Made by a program: the position numbers and the translations under genes
NCBI GenBank assembly: GCA_028534125.1
Contig: CM052818.1
Span: 32,428,001-32,492,000 of the forward strand
Direction: 5' to 3'
DNA length: 64,000 nucleotides
Source of the DNA: Lama glama
Taxonomy: Eukaryota
Notes under the pieces: model-generated
What the model was told of the DNA's origin: nothing
Database searches by the model: none
The model's input: the letters and a program-made list of their open reading frames with translations, nothing else
Part shown: piece by piece, positions 43,003-54,948 of the stretch
How the letters are laid out: the number at the start of each line of letters is the position of its first letter
Position numbering within the stretch: position 1 is the first letter of the stretch

Positions 43003-45896
43003 TGTTCCCGTGGCAGGTCAGCTCCGGCCCGGGCCAGTCCCTTCCCTGGGCTCCAGCGGCTAACAGAGCTCACTTCGCTCCGGGAACTGGGAGGGAGCTA
43101 CGGTCCACACTCAGTGTCATCTGGAGGTGAGTCCCCAGCTTGTGTGGGCTGAGTATTCTCTCCACGCCACCCGGCTCACCCCCTTGCAGGAAGTGAGCCT
43201 CTCTGGGCTCCTTGTGAGCCACTCTGGGTCCGTTCTTTTTCAGGAGCTGGCCCAGTCTGTTCGGAGGCCTCCGTCTGGGAGTAGAAGTGGAATTTTAGAC
43301 TACACCTCTGCTGATTTTCTGTCTGTGCCACCATAGCTCATTTGTTGTTTGTGCTTTTGTGTATCATTTTGGGGTGAGCCGCTCTGGCTTGTGCAGGATG
43401 GAGAATTCGACCCACTCCACCTGGGCTCATCCCCTTCGGGGAAGTGAGACATTCTGGGCTCATTGGGAGCCACTCTGGGTCCATTCCCTTGGGGGACCCA
43501 GGCCACTCTGGAAGCTTCTGTCTGGGAGTGAAAGTGGAATTTTGGGGCTATGCCTTGTCGGATCTTTTGGTTGTAGTGTGTGTGGGTGTGTGATGTATCA
43601 GTACTTGCACTGGCTGTTTGAGAAGTCTTTGGTGAGTAACAGGGCTCGCGTGTGATGATACCAGGGTATTCTTCCCCATTGCATTCGCTTCACCTGCGTT
43701 GGTTGGAATTTCCCCTTTCTAGCTTTGAGGGCTTTCATTTAGCTTTATCTCTGATGGGGTATTGGTTGGGGTTCTCCCCTTTTGGACCAACCGAGAGGCC
43801 ATTTGCATTGCATTTGTTTGCTTGGTATTTGACAACACCAGCCGTGAATAATTATTATGGGTATTCAGAGCTCTGGTCCATCTTATAGTCCCCTGGGGTA
43901 TTTTTGCAAAACTGGGAGATCTTTAGCTGTGCTCCTGTAAATGAAAGAAAATAATCAGCTTTTATCTTGAGTGTGTGGGTCTTAGTACCTGAGTCCAAAT
44001 CCTGTTCTCTCTCCCTGGTTTTGCTGAAAGTGAGGCATGTGGATATGAGCAAATGATATATTTACTATCGTCTATTACTGTTACTTCTTTCAACTAAAGC
44101 GGATGTTTGGGAATTGAAAAAAAAAAAATCCCTGAAAATAGCCAAGATGGTTGGGTTTTGTAAAAGCCATTAGGGGAAGAATTTGCATTTCTCTTCCTAT
44201 GTCTTTGAGATGTAAATCATCTACCTGAGTTCTCAAGGAGAAAAAAGTTTTGTTTTGTTTTGAACTCAAGTGGAAAAACATATCTCTGGTTCCATCTGCC
44301 TTTTATGTAAAAATTAACCTGTAAGTGAGCTCTATTTAATTGAGTTAAAAGTAAATGCTTACAAATTAAATACCTCTAAGTATAAAAGAAGCTAGACAGA
44401 ACAAATTTGTCTCATGTGATCTAGGGAATATTCAATATTAAAATCTAATATAAAAGCTAGCTTAAGCTTGTTGGTATAATCAATATAGATGTGTCTTTTG
44501 TTGTACCTGGGTTTACTGAAGGTCAGTAAGTTTATGTTATTTCTGTTGTGAAGTCTTCAGCAGAAAGAAAAAAATTAACTTGGTATGATGAAATTCTTAT
44601 AAGTAAATTAAATGCAAATGAGATAAACTTTTGGGTGAACTCTTTAGAAATAATTGTTTTAGGAATGTCTATGTACAAGTGAAATTTGATAACTTGAAAT
44701 TTTCAAGTTATGCTAAATTAAGTTAAATGATGAAAGTTGATTGAATATAGTTGAATAACTAGGTCTTCCCAAATAAAATAAGATACTGAAACCTTATTTA
44801 CTGAACATTGGCTTCCCTTTACAGAGAAGCTAAAGGTGTTTAGGACTGTTATTAAATATGCTTGGTGCCACTTGGAGAGATTTTTCTGTAGAAAGCACAC
44901 GTTTTTAGAGATTACTGTTGGTATTTTTATTTGCCAATCTACTGAATGCTAATGTAAAAGTTCATGATTGCTTGCTTCTTGGTTTTCACTAGAAATTTAA
45001 GATTTTTTAGAGTTAAGGATTCTATTTAAGCGTGTAATTTAAACTACTAAAAATAATGAAAGAAATACTTCAGTATATACTAAGAAAGTAGGATTTGTGT
45101 GTTGAGGGAAAAAAAGTATGAGGAATGGAATTCCATTTTAAGGGGAAAGAAAGGGATTTCATCCTGGAGCTGGTACTAGATGGGGAAAAAATAAGGGACA
45201 AACTAATATGGATACAGAAAGTGGTGGAAAATTTTTGGAAAGGGAGCCCTATAAAAGGAGTTCTGTGTGTGGTCAGGCTGAGATTAGATTAAACTTCGTT
45301 TGGTAAATGGATTTTGTTCAAAGTAGGCTGGTGCAGAATTGGATTTGCTTCTTCTCTGTTGAGAGAATGAATTTATTTAGGATACGTCTGATAACAGATT
45401 GTGTGAAGCTTGTTGATATTTTTGACAAATTTCCTATCAAATTCTAATTAAAGTTCTTTTAACTTTAACTTTAGGATGCTTCAGAGGGCTCCTGAGGCAT
45501 CTCAGAGAAAAATACTAAACTAACTAGGATTGGTTGGTATGTTAAATTGCTTGGGAAGCATTGTCAAATGAGTGACAAGCCTCAGATTGTTTGGTATGGA
45601 CAGATGTTGCTGGTACAGACATTCTGGAAATTGTGCGGGGGTTCTGAAGTTTGGAGGTGTCCTGGTGTAATGCTGTCAGTCGTGGCTCTGGTTCTTACCT
45701 TGAAGTGTATGTCACAGCAACTTGAAACTTCTTTGTCAAGAAGATTGTGGTTGGATCTTTTACCTTGTCTTGGGTTTTTGGTCACTTATGGACGATTAAG
45801 CTGAAGCTTTGCAGGGCTACTCCATCTTTAAGAGGATTCGTGGAGGGGACTTTTTGACAAGCATAGCTTTCCTTTGGATCATGCTGGGCTGGGTAG

Positions 45897-46376
45897 TGTC
45901 GACTGAAATAAACGCACAGCCTAAAAGTTAAAAGTTATGTTTTATTTGGTGGAAGGACTCGAGCCGGGATGACAGCCTCTCAGATCACTCTGAGGGACTG
46001 CCCCGAAGAGGCAGGGGAGGAGCTAGGATATATAGGAGCTTTACAACAAAGACCAGGTAGTTGGAACAATAAAAGATTACTTGTTATCTAAAGAAAACCA
46101 GGCATTTCAAGTTAAAGAATTTAGTGCTCTTCTATGTGTGGGAGGAAGCAAACATTTGGGCTCACTGAATTCATTCCTTTGACAAGCACCTAGCTATCTA
46201 GGGCCAGTATCCTATTCTTTCTTATTCTGAGTCCACTGAGAGGGCACCATTGTGAGTGGCTGCAGAGGCTGGACTGCAGGCCTGTCCCCACTGGGGGGTG
46301 GCGGCAGCCACTGATGACTTGGTTTCAGCATTTGTTTACTGATATTTTCACTCACATTACAGTATTTTCGTTCACA
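45897..46376 (-). repeat. 3' LTR of inner provirus (480 bp)
   Basis: Differs from the 5' LTR by about 11 transitions and two indels (3 and 11 bp), hand count. Confidence 0.96.
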
Positions 46377-47299
46377 GTGCTCCCTCTGGGTCCTAAATTC
46401 GACCAATATTTTGGGAGACATTTCATGACCAATTTTGTCCCATGGTGCTAGGAAGGCTCATTCCTAGATCAGGTGAAGCATCTGTTGACATGCCACTCAA
46501 AGTGCTAGTTTTGAATCAGGCCCTGTTGATACTAAAAATTTTCTGGATCACCTGTCTTACTAGTCTATTAGGACCCAGGAGATGTTTACCCCTCGTTGCT
46601 CATTCCCATACCTAGAATCACACTATTACAATTATTTTATGCAGGGTTATAAATTTTATCTATTTCCTCAAAATGTTTAGCCATCATCAGTCTTGTTGGA
46701 GGCCTAGTTACACACTGGGAAGTGGAGGAGACAACAATTTTATAAAATAGACAGGATATAAGTAATACAGTTAGTAACGTTAATAAAGTCACAAGTAAGG
46801 ATTTAATAGTTAAGAAGTTAACATTTTGGGGTTAAAATTTGGCTTGTGTTTCTGATTGAGCTTGAGTGATCTTATAAGAAAATTTATATTCAAGGTCAGG
46901 TTCAGAGCAGGTATTATTAATTGGCCAGGTGAGGTCTCCCACCTTGTAATGTCGATAGTGGCCTAAACAGAACTATCATTCCTTTTTAGAATACATTTTC
47001 TGAAGGCTATCTAGTTAGGGCCTTGGAGTAGGGAAACCCACCAAGGTAACACAGAAGTACTAGACATAGGTAATTTACCATAAACCTAACAGTTGGATTA
47101 GTTCATAATCAAAGGTGTGAGCAAATATCAAAGTAATTGGTATACAGGCCTGGTCCAGTGTTTTGGGTCAGCTGTCTACCTCAGATGTCGTCATCTTCTC
47201 ATCCTGGCCTGGTAGCTTTTTCTTCATTTGAGCATTGTTTTAAGGTGAGCAGTGCTCTATAGGCCAGTCCACTGCAGGGGCTCTCTCTGACTGGAAACT

Positions 47300-47445
47300 A
47301 ATCCAAAAGTCAATTTCCTTTAGCTTTCACTGTGCATGGTCTAGTTAAGAGTACCTGGTAAAGGGTCCTTTCATTCAGGTTGGAGACAGTTCTTTAAGAC
47401 ATGTCTGTTCTAGTATGTATAATCCCCTGGTCGCAGGTCATGGGG
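47300..47445 (-). pseudogene. Integrase C-terminal (GPY/F) remnant in inner provirus
   Basis: Minus strand with stops and frameshifts: HDLRPGDYTY*NRHVLKNCLQPE*KDP/YQVLLTRPCTVKAKG/IDFWI, resembling the WxGPYxVLLTTPTAVK...W motif. Confidence 0.7.
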
Positions 47446-50400
47446 CATCGGATCTTTACCCAAGAATAGATCATTGAGCTTCAGAAACAAACATACAGTG
47501 TCGTTTTAATAATTCAATTAAACTTTGCAGCAATGTAACATAACAGCAAGGAATGATTTGGGAAATATCTTAAATATAGACCTCAATTAACAAAACTAGA
47601 ATTTAATATCCACTAAAATATAATCTTTTTCTGTCTAACGTTCCCTCATTTTTATCAAATATAGTCAAATCAAGATTAATTTATTTACAAGTTAAGTCTA
47701 ATTATTTGATCATATAGCTCTTTTAAATTGGCTGTGTTGGAACTTTTAATAAGGAGTCTCAGACTAGAATGTTAATAAGGTTTCCTAAGGCCAGGAAAGC
47801 CACGTCAAGGGGTTGTCATAGATTTTTGCCTTACAGATTTAGGTAAATTTTTTTCTCGTTAAGGTTCTTAAAATACCTTGAGATTCCTAAATCTGTTAGG
47901 AGATGATCTTTTTAATTTATTTGATAGAGCCACTGGGGACCTAAGAGTTTCCAGTCTCTGGAGGGATCAGATAGAAAAGATAACTGTTCAAAGTCTGCTT
48001 ACATAGGTATAATTCATCAAATTGCTGTGAATCATAACTAGCTTAAAGAGAAGAGTTTCTTTATGTCTGGGAAACAGATTAAAGCCAGCAATATTTCAGA
48101 CAAAATAAAAAATTATAACCATATTCATCAGTTTACTCAGTCCCATGTAACTAATCCTTTTGTTAACAGTGTTACGAAATCAAGAGTTTTCATTAGACCG
48201 TTAAAATTTCTTACCCAGTTTAGTTCAGTGCAATAGTTTGAATTTTATTAGAAACCAGTAAATCTCCTGAAGAGAAAGCATTTTGTAAAATCATCAGAAT
48301 AAAACAATAACTGTCTATAAATGACAAAAGATTTAAAAGCATGGTTAAACACTGTTACACTGTAATCGATAAAGAAACCTGGTCACAATAACCAGAATTA
48401 TGACTGGTGACATTTCAGATATATCAGAATTTTAGGGAGTCCATATAAATTCTAGAATATCTATAGTAATAATATTTTCTCATACAATATAACCTAGGAA
48501 GATTTATTATTCATTTGACAATACTTCCCATGTTATTTAACATACCAAATGAAGCTTACTAGTTAAAAATCTCTCTTTGGGATGTTTCAGGGGCCCTCTG
48601 TAGTATCCCAAAGTTAACTGGAGGTCAAAAGAACTTTAATCAGAAATTGATATTTGGGAAGCTTGTTAAAAGGTTTCAAAACACTTGGTCAGATAAAAGT
48701 ATACATTACTTTGAAAGAGTACTTATTCATTAACAAGAAAATATTTCAAATGTAAAGGCAGAACAGATCACTTAAGGGGTATGAGTAGCTTTACAATCTA
48801 TTACTGAAGGCAGATTAACATTTTAAGAAAACTTTGTCCATTTAACAGAGAGAAAACCAAATCTAGTCTTTTACCGGGTTACTTCTAAGATTCTTTTACT
48901 TTGACCAAATTCATTCTAAACTTAGCCAATCCTGACCATGTACAAGACTCTTTCCTGAGGGTTCCTCTTCCACAAGCCTTCCATAAGTTTCTATACTCAT
49001 ATTATTTTGTCCCTTATTTTCTCTTTCATTCAGAAGTAACCAGCTTCAGGACAAAGTTACTGTTTTCCATTAACAAAATATAATTCCATTCTTTATATCT
49101 TCCTTTACACATTCACCTTATTTTCCTAGGATGCTGAGAGGTTTCCCTTAATAGCAGAGAATATTTCAGGGTGGCGCCAAACATTTATTAATATTTTTAA
49201 ACACCTTTAGTTTTTCTGTAAGAGGAAGTCAAATGTTAAGTAATATTTCAATCTTACTTTATCTGAAAATAGCATAGCTATTTAATAAACTCCCATCATT
49301 TAACTTAATTAAGCACAACTCTAGAATTTAAAGATACCAAATATTTAGAGATTATTTTAAGCATACATTTTAAAAAATATATTTTAAAGAATTTACCCAA
49401 AAGGTCTCATCTCATTTGCATTTTAATTTACTTAGAATTTTATCACACATTATTATGATGATGATGATGACAAATCTGCAACAGATACAACAGGATCTTA
49501 TTTGACTTTCATTAAACCTAGGTACAGTAAGGGTATTATACTTAATATTGATGACTCTAAATATGTCTTTATTAGAACGAACTTAAACTAAACTTAATAC
49601 CAAGCAATAACTTAATATTAAATATTTTCCAGTTCATGTGAACCTGACAGTCAATTTGGTCAGTTTTTATTTTAAAAATACTTAATTTGTAAGCTCTTAT
49701 TTTTACATCAATTAAGCAGAGCTCTTTGACTTTGATTTTTTTTTCAGCAGTATAAATATCTCAAATCTATAATGTGTACACAGACTTATAAACAGACAAA
49801 AGCTAGAGATCTCATAGCTTCACTTTAAAACTTACTTAGGAGCTAGGTATTACAATATAAATTTACTGCTTATAAAAAACAGTTGGAGTAAGCTGAATTT
49901 GCTTGCTCAAATCACTAAGGCTTACTATTTATGAAAAAGACATTTAACATTTCTTGACAAAGTCTGGAGGACCTGTCAGAGTTCTGAGTTCTAAAATGCC
50001 AGAAATTTCTTTGGCCTTAAGTTTATCTCATTGAGCTAATTAGGCTCAGTCCTAGGTCATTGTTTGCTGTATTCACATTTCTGATCTGCAAGACAAAGAC
50101 AGTTGCTTCCAGTTCCCCAAAGAACTGGTCTGTCACCTAGGCCAGATTGTATCTCCTTAATTTGCTTTTTTGTATCAGTGAGAAGAGCTCTAAACAAAGA
50201 ATTCCATGTTTTGAAACTTTAAGGTTTACTTTTATCATGTCTTCAAAAGCTTGCAGAAGGCATTTAGTAAGATCTCTTTTTCCTTGAGTTATAAGTTAAA
50301 CCCAGGGTAAATCTCTTATTTTTATTAGCCCCTGAATATTAGTTTTTTGTTTTACTTTATATTGGATAGCTCAGGCAACTCTATTGGTTTCCTTTAGCTT

Positions 50401-51323
50401 GTTTAATTAATATTTTCTGAGGGACAGATATGTGCCCAGCCTTATAATACCAAGAAAAGGGGAAGCGTTTTTCCATTGAAACATACCTATCCCACAACGT
50501 AATTAAGCAAAAGAGGTTTATATAAAGCCCACTTAAATATACCAATTTTACAAACTTCTGTCAATTTTATTAACTCTTATACCTTTAATTTTAATATTCA
50601 TTAGGTCTAATCAATATTTCTTATTTTTAGAAAGAGTGCCAGAAGCCTTTTTTTTTTTCTTGTCCACTTTATCTAATTTTATATGAAAGTCTCTGGGATC
50701 ACCAAGTTTGAGCCAAAGGACTTAGGCCCTTGTAAATTTTTCATCTGATTAATTGGTCTGTTGCCCCAATCATTGATCAAGTATCTCAGTCTATAGAAAT
50801 TGTTTTCCAGCCCTATAAATGTATACATTTTAAACTGGGGTAAATAAAGCGGACTTGTTTGAACTTCAACGTTGGGGACCGGTAGGTGATCTCTTTGGCC
50901 TTTTTTTTTTTTTTTTAACTTTACATAGTGTAGTATCAAAACCTTGTATCTTAATCCAAAAATGTCCATTTTATTTATCCCATTCAAAATAACCATCTAA
51001 AAATATTTATCCGTTTGGGGTAAGTCCCTTTTTTTGTTGTTGTTGTTAAGAAAAAATCTTTTGACATTTTTACATTCCTTTTTTCAGTTACTCAACCTAA
51101 TTAACATTAATTATTCTAATGTTTTTATTAGCATCTCTCAAACCATTGAGGGGAAAGGGAAAACACAAATGTAGCTTTCCAAACCGGTCTTTTCCCTCTT
51201 TTAAACTAAGTTCTTAGGTTAACCATTAGATATATTTTCCCACCTTTAAACTTGATTGATTTTAATAGGTACCAATAAAACAGCTGTTTATAATGAGAGC
51301 TCTCTTAATTTTCACCAATTTAG

Positions 51324-51359
51324 AAGTTTTTCCAAATTAAAGGATCCATCATTTGGCCA
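51324..51359 (-). pseudogene. gag matrix remnant in inner provirus
   Basis: Minus strand reads WPNDGSFNLEKL, matching the WPxxGS(F/L)(N/D) motif of class I ERV matrix proteins; the surrounding frame is broken. Confidence 0.6.
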
Positions 51360-52530
51360 TCAATATACATATATAGTGATTTTAAACCAATAAGATGAAG
51401 AGGCTTTTCCACATGAGAGTGGGGATGTTGCCTAAATAAAATTCAAAAGTTTACTCCCCAAAAGGTAAAGGCCTTTGTGGCCCAGGCTGATGCAACAAAG
51501 GTTAAAAATGGCAAAGTGCCTGAGAATTGGTATAATCAAAGAACTGTTGAGAATCCCAATTTATTTCCTTGGCCACCATATGTACACAATACTTGTACCT
51601 TTTGCATGGCAGAGTCCAAGTTTTCCTTTAAAAAAAAAAAGGAAACACATATATACATACACACTCACACATAAAACACCCAGAGGAAGACAAAACATCT
51701 ACATTTCAAGGACACAGGAAGAGAAATCCAAGTTCCCCCTAAAGGGGCTTTTGTTTTTATAAGGTCAGAATTCCAAAAAATGTTTTATCAGGCCTAGCTA
51801 GTTATTTTCAGAGTGAGATTTTTAAATTCCCAATTAAAGTTGTAAGTTTTGTACGTAGATAAATCTGACTAGGTTATTAGTTGGAGGCTGGCAATTTATC
51901 ATTTCTTTTTCTTTTGTTTTGAAAGTTCTATTCCCCATTTTAAGATCGGGTTGTCAGAATAACATTGGTAGTAGGTTTTCCCACAGGGACACCTGCACGG
52001 CATGAGGTCTTTGCTTCTGCCACTCCTGCAAACTCCTCCTAAGTTTCTCAGTCACTTGAGAAGGCTGTTGCCAGCCAGGAGGAGGGCCCCATTTTTGGAG
52101 TCGAAAGGTTTCTCATAAGAGTTTTGCTTTTATCCTGACAAATTTAATGGAGGTAGCCAAATTGAGGAAAGCGTTAGACCAGCCTCTTACCTAACCACTC
52201 AGTCCAGACCCCAGTATCTTTCAACTGGGCCCCACTTGGGACGTCTCCACTGAGTGGGTATTCCTCTGGTATCTTTCAACCAGCCCCACCTCGGACGTCT
52301 CCCCAAGGTGGGTATTTCCCCCCAGTATGTTTCAACTTGAGGGCCAGGTACCTGGATACACTGCCAAATAAAACTCAGGATCATCAACCAATATGGGAGA
52401 TCCGAGAACCAGGAGAGACTCACCCAAATTCGTTTGGACTCCACGAGGAGGCGGCTGGGCACGAAGGGCCTCTGCTGGTACCAAGGCTCCGGTTCCTTGT
52501 GGAGTTCAGGCGGAGAGAAGTCTGCTCTGG

Positions 52531-52548
52531 GTCCCTTCGTGGTCACCA
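52531..52548 (-). promoter_or_regulatory. Primer-binding site, tRNA-Arg(TCG) type
   Basis: Minus strand TGGTGACCACGAAGGGAC, 4 nt from the LTR; one C>T from TGGCGACCACGAAGGGAC, the Arg PBS known from ERV9-type elements. Confidence 0.85.
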
Positions 52549-52552
52549 AAAC

Positions 52553-53046
52553 TGTTGACTGAAATAAACGTGCAGCCTAAAAGTTAAAAGTTATGTTTTA
52601 TTTGGTGGAAGGACTCGAGCTGGGATGACAGCCTCTCAGATCACTCTGAGGGACTGCCCCGAAGAGGCAGGGGAGGAGCTAGGATATATAGGAGCTTTAC
52701 AACAAAGACCAGGTAGTTGGAACAATAAAAGATTACTTGTTATCTAAAGAAAACCAGGCATTTCAAGTTAAAGAATTTAGTGCTTTTCTATGTATGGGAG
52801 GAAGCAAACATTTGGGCTCACTGAATTCATTCCTTTGACAAGCACCTAGCTATCTAGGGCCAGTATCCTGTTCTTTCTTATTCTGAGTCCACTGAGAGGG
52901 CACCATTGTGAGTGGCTGCAGAGGCTGGGCTGCAGGCCTGTCCCCACTGGGGGGTGGCGGCAGCCACTGATGACTTGGTTTCAACATTCTTTGTTTACTG
53001 ATATGTTTGCAGTATTTTCACTCACATTGCAGTGTTTTCGTTCACA
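52553..53046 (-). repeat. 5' LTR of inner provirus (494 bp)
   Basis: TG...CA ends; adjacent PBS on the minus strand; TATATA and AATAAA in the expected order on the minus strand. Confidence 0.96.
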
Positions 53047-53677
53047 GTAGGATATTTGAAGTCTAATGAAAACTCTTGATTTCATGAGACTATTGATTGG
53101 TAGAAGGGTTAGGGGGACTAATGAATGTGTTTCTAGTCTTTTGGTTTTGTCTGGAATATTGCTGGCTTTTAATCTATGTTTTTTTAAATTGAACTGTTTA
53201 TCAAATGTTTGTTTCCCTATCAATATTGAAAGTTACTGTTTTACTTTTAACCACACTGTTGCCGCCACTGTTCAGAACAGAAAGAGAACTCTCTAATGGG
53301 GTTGTCACAGAGTATAACTACTCAATGCTTGCTTTAAGTTCATTGCTAAAAGCATGTGTACAATGCTTGTGTAACAACTGGGTGTAAGTGATAAAGTGTT
53401 TGGCCTATAATGTGTTTCTCCATTAACATACCTCTGAGCTTGTTCACGATATCTGATTAGTTTTCCCCCAATGTAGATAACTAGGCAAACATAAAGGAGG
53501 CCTAGCACCCAGGGACATGATCTAAATTTGGGTCAGGAGCCACCACCCCAGCATCCAGGGACAGATATTTTGATCATCAATACTTTCTGTTGAAAGATTT
53601 GCAATCCAAAGGGGAAATGATGGGAAAATCTGCACATATTGAGGTGTGGGGAAGTCATTCTGGCTTGTACATGGTTT

Positions 53678-54140
53678 TGTTACAGAAATGACAGGCCAGC
53701 CAAGAAACAAGCACCACCCGGAGGGCTGGAGTACTCAGATGTATTACACCGCAGGCTCAGAGGGGCTTCTGCTCCGAAGCTCTGAGCACCTCCAAGACGT
53801 GTGCATGAGGTTTTATAGGGTAAAGTACAAGCTTGGGGTATTCAGCCAATAGGCATGGAACAGCTTTAGCAGCATCATTATCACAAAAGTGGAGGCAGGG
53901 AGGCAGCAAACCAACATTCCAAAGCCAGATATATATCTTTGAAAATCCAGCTGGCTAGCAAAAAAACATGAACAGCAAACCAACGCTAATTAACTTAGAT
54001 TTACAAGTTAGTCCAGCAGAACTCAGATCAGTATTCCGATACTTAGATTGTGAGGTATCTTGTTAGACCAGCCCAGCCTCTCCTTCACATTCCTAGACTT
54101 GTGAGTTATCTTGTTAGACCAGCCCGGCTTTTCCTTCACA
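53678..54140 (-). mobile_element. Solo LTR (463 bp) of a third family inside the outer provirus
   Basis: TGTTAC...TTCACA ends; TSD GTTT (53674-53677, 54141-54144); TATAAAA on the minus strand near 53812-53818; no evident similarity to the other two LTR types. Confidence 0.88.
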
Positions 54141-54948
54141 GTTTGACTGAAACTTTACTGACCAAAATGGCCTGTTTTATGGCCTTTCGGGCATGCATTA
54201 TACATCTGCTTTGGTCTTGAGGAGCGGAATGCATTTGAAAGTCAAAATGGAGTAGCTGTGGTTCAGACATCTAAGGTAAAACTAGGTGGCCATTGTAGAT
54301 GTGATTTAAGACACATTCCTGTATTGTTGAACTCAAATTTTCTGAGCTGTGTCATACTAAGGATGCCACTGGCCATTCTCAAAGCAGTGTCTGCTGGCAG
54401 ATGGCAGCTGTAACCTTGTGACCTCAAGTTCTCCTCTTGTAACTTAAATTTTTAGACAATAAAATTGTTTTGGGTCAGATATTAGCAGGAAAAGGGAGAC
54501 ATGTAGTGGCCAGTAGCTCCTGTTATATATATGTTAATACTGCATCAAAAGTTAAGACCTATTCAGATAAAAGTAGACAGCTGGCTACAAGTCTCCCCCA
54601 GAATGCCAGGTCCAGACTGGTTTTCAGGCTTATTCTCCTAAATTCCTCAGGGAATGGGTTCTTAATCATGCAAGACTTGAATCCAGGACTTGGAACTCGG
54701 GTATATTTCCAACTCGATGTCCATTTCCCAAATCAAGGTAGGGCTATGACCTGTTTCAGCAGGAACTCGCCAGAGCAGTCTCTGCCCCATTCCCTGAAAG
54801 ATCTGGGGAGGAATGAAATAGGACTGGAGACTGAAATCTAATTCCTCTGCCAAGCTGATGATTAACCTCTCTGTCCAGAATATTCCTCTTCTTGTCCAAC
54901 ACCTGTTTTCTTCAAGATTGAGGAGTATCAAAAAAAAGAGGGGCAGAC

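Larger units (their letters stand above)
45897..53046 (-). mobile_element. Young non-autonomous class I (ERV1-like) provirus nested in the outer provirus
   Basis: LTRs 45897-46376 and 52553-53046 nearly identical; TSD GTAG (45893-45896, 53047-53050); PBS at 52531-52548; only gag and integrase remnants inside. Confidence 0.96.

Noticed and set aside
52205..52340. CRISPR-like repeat-spacer array
   Set aside because: Mammalian context, only about 2.5 units, and the intervening segments resemble each other; a simple tandem repeat
45897..53046. Assembly duplication as the cause of the 480-bp direct repeat
   Set aside because: The copies differ by transitions and indels and carry TG/CA ends, a PBS and a TSD, as expected of real LTRs
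42977..54948. Intact or domesticated gag/pol/env (syncytin-like) gene in the ERV nest
   Set aside because: No ORF above about 130 aa, and none of the tracked ORFs resembles a retroviral protein; only broken gag and integrase motifs were found
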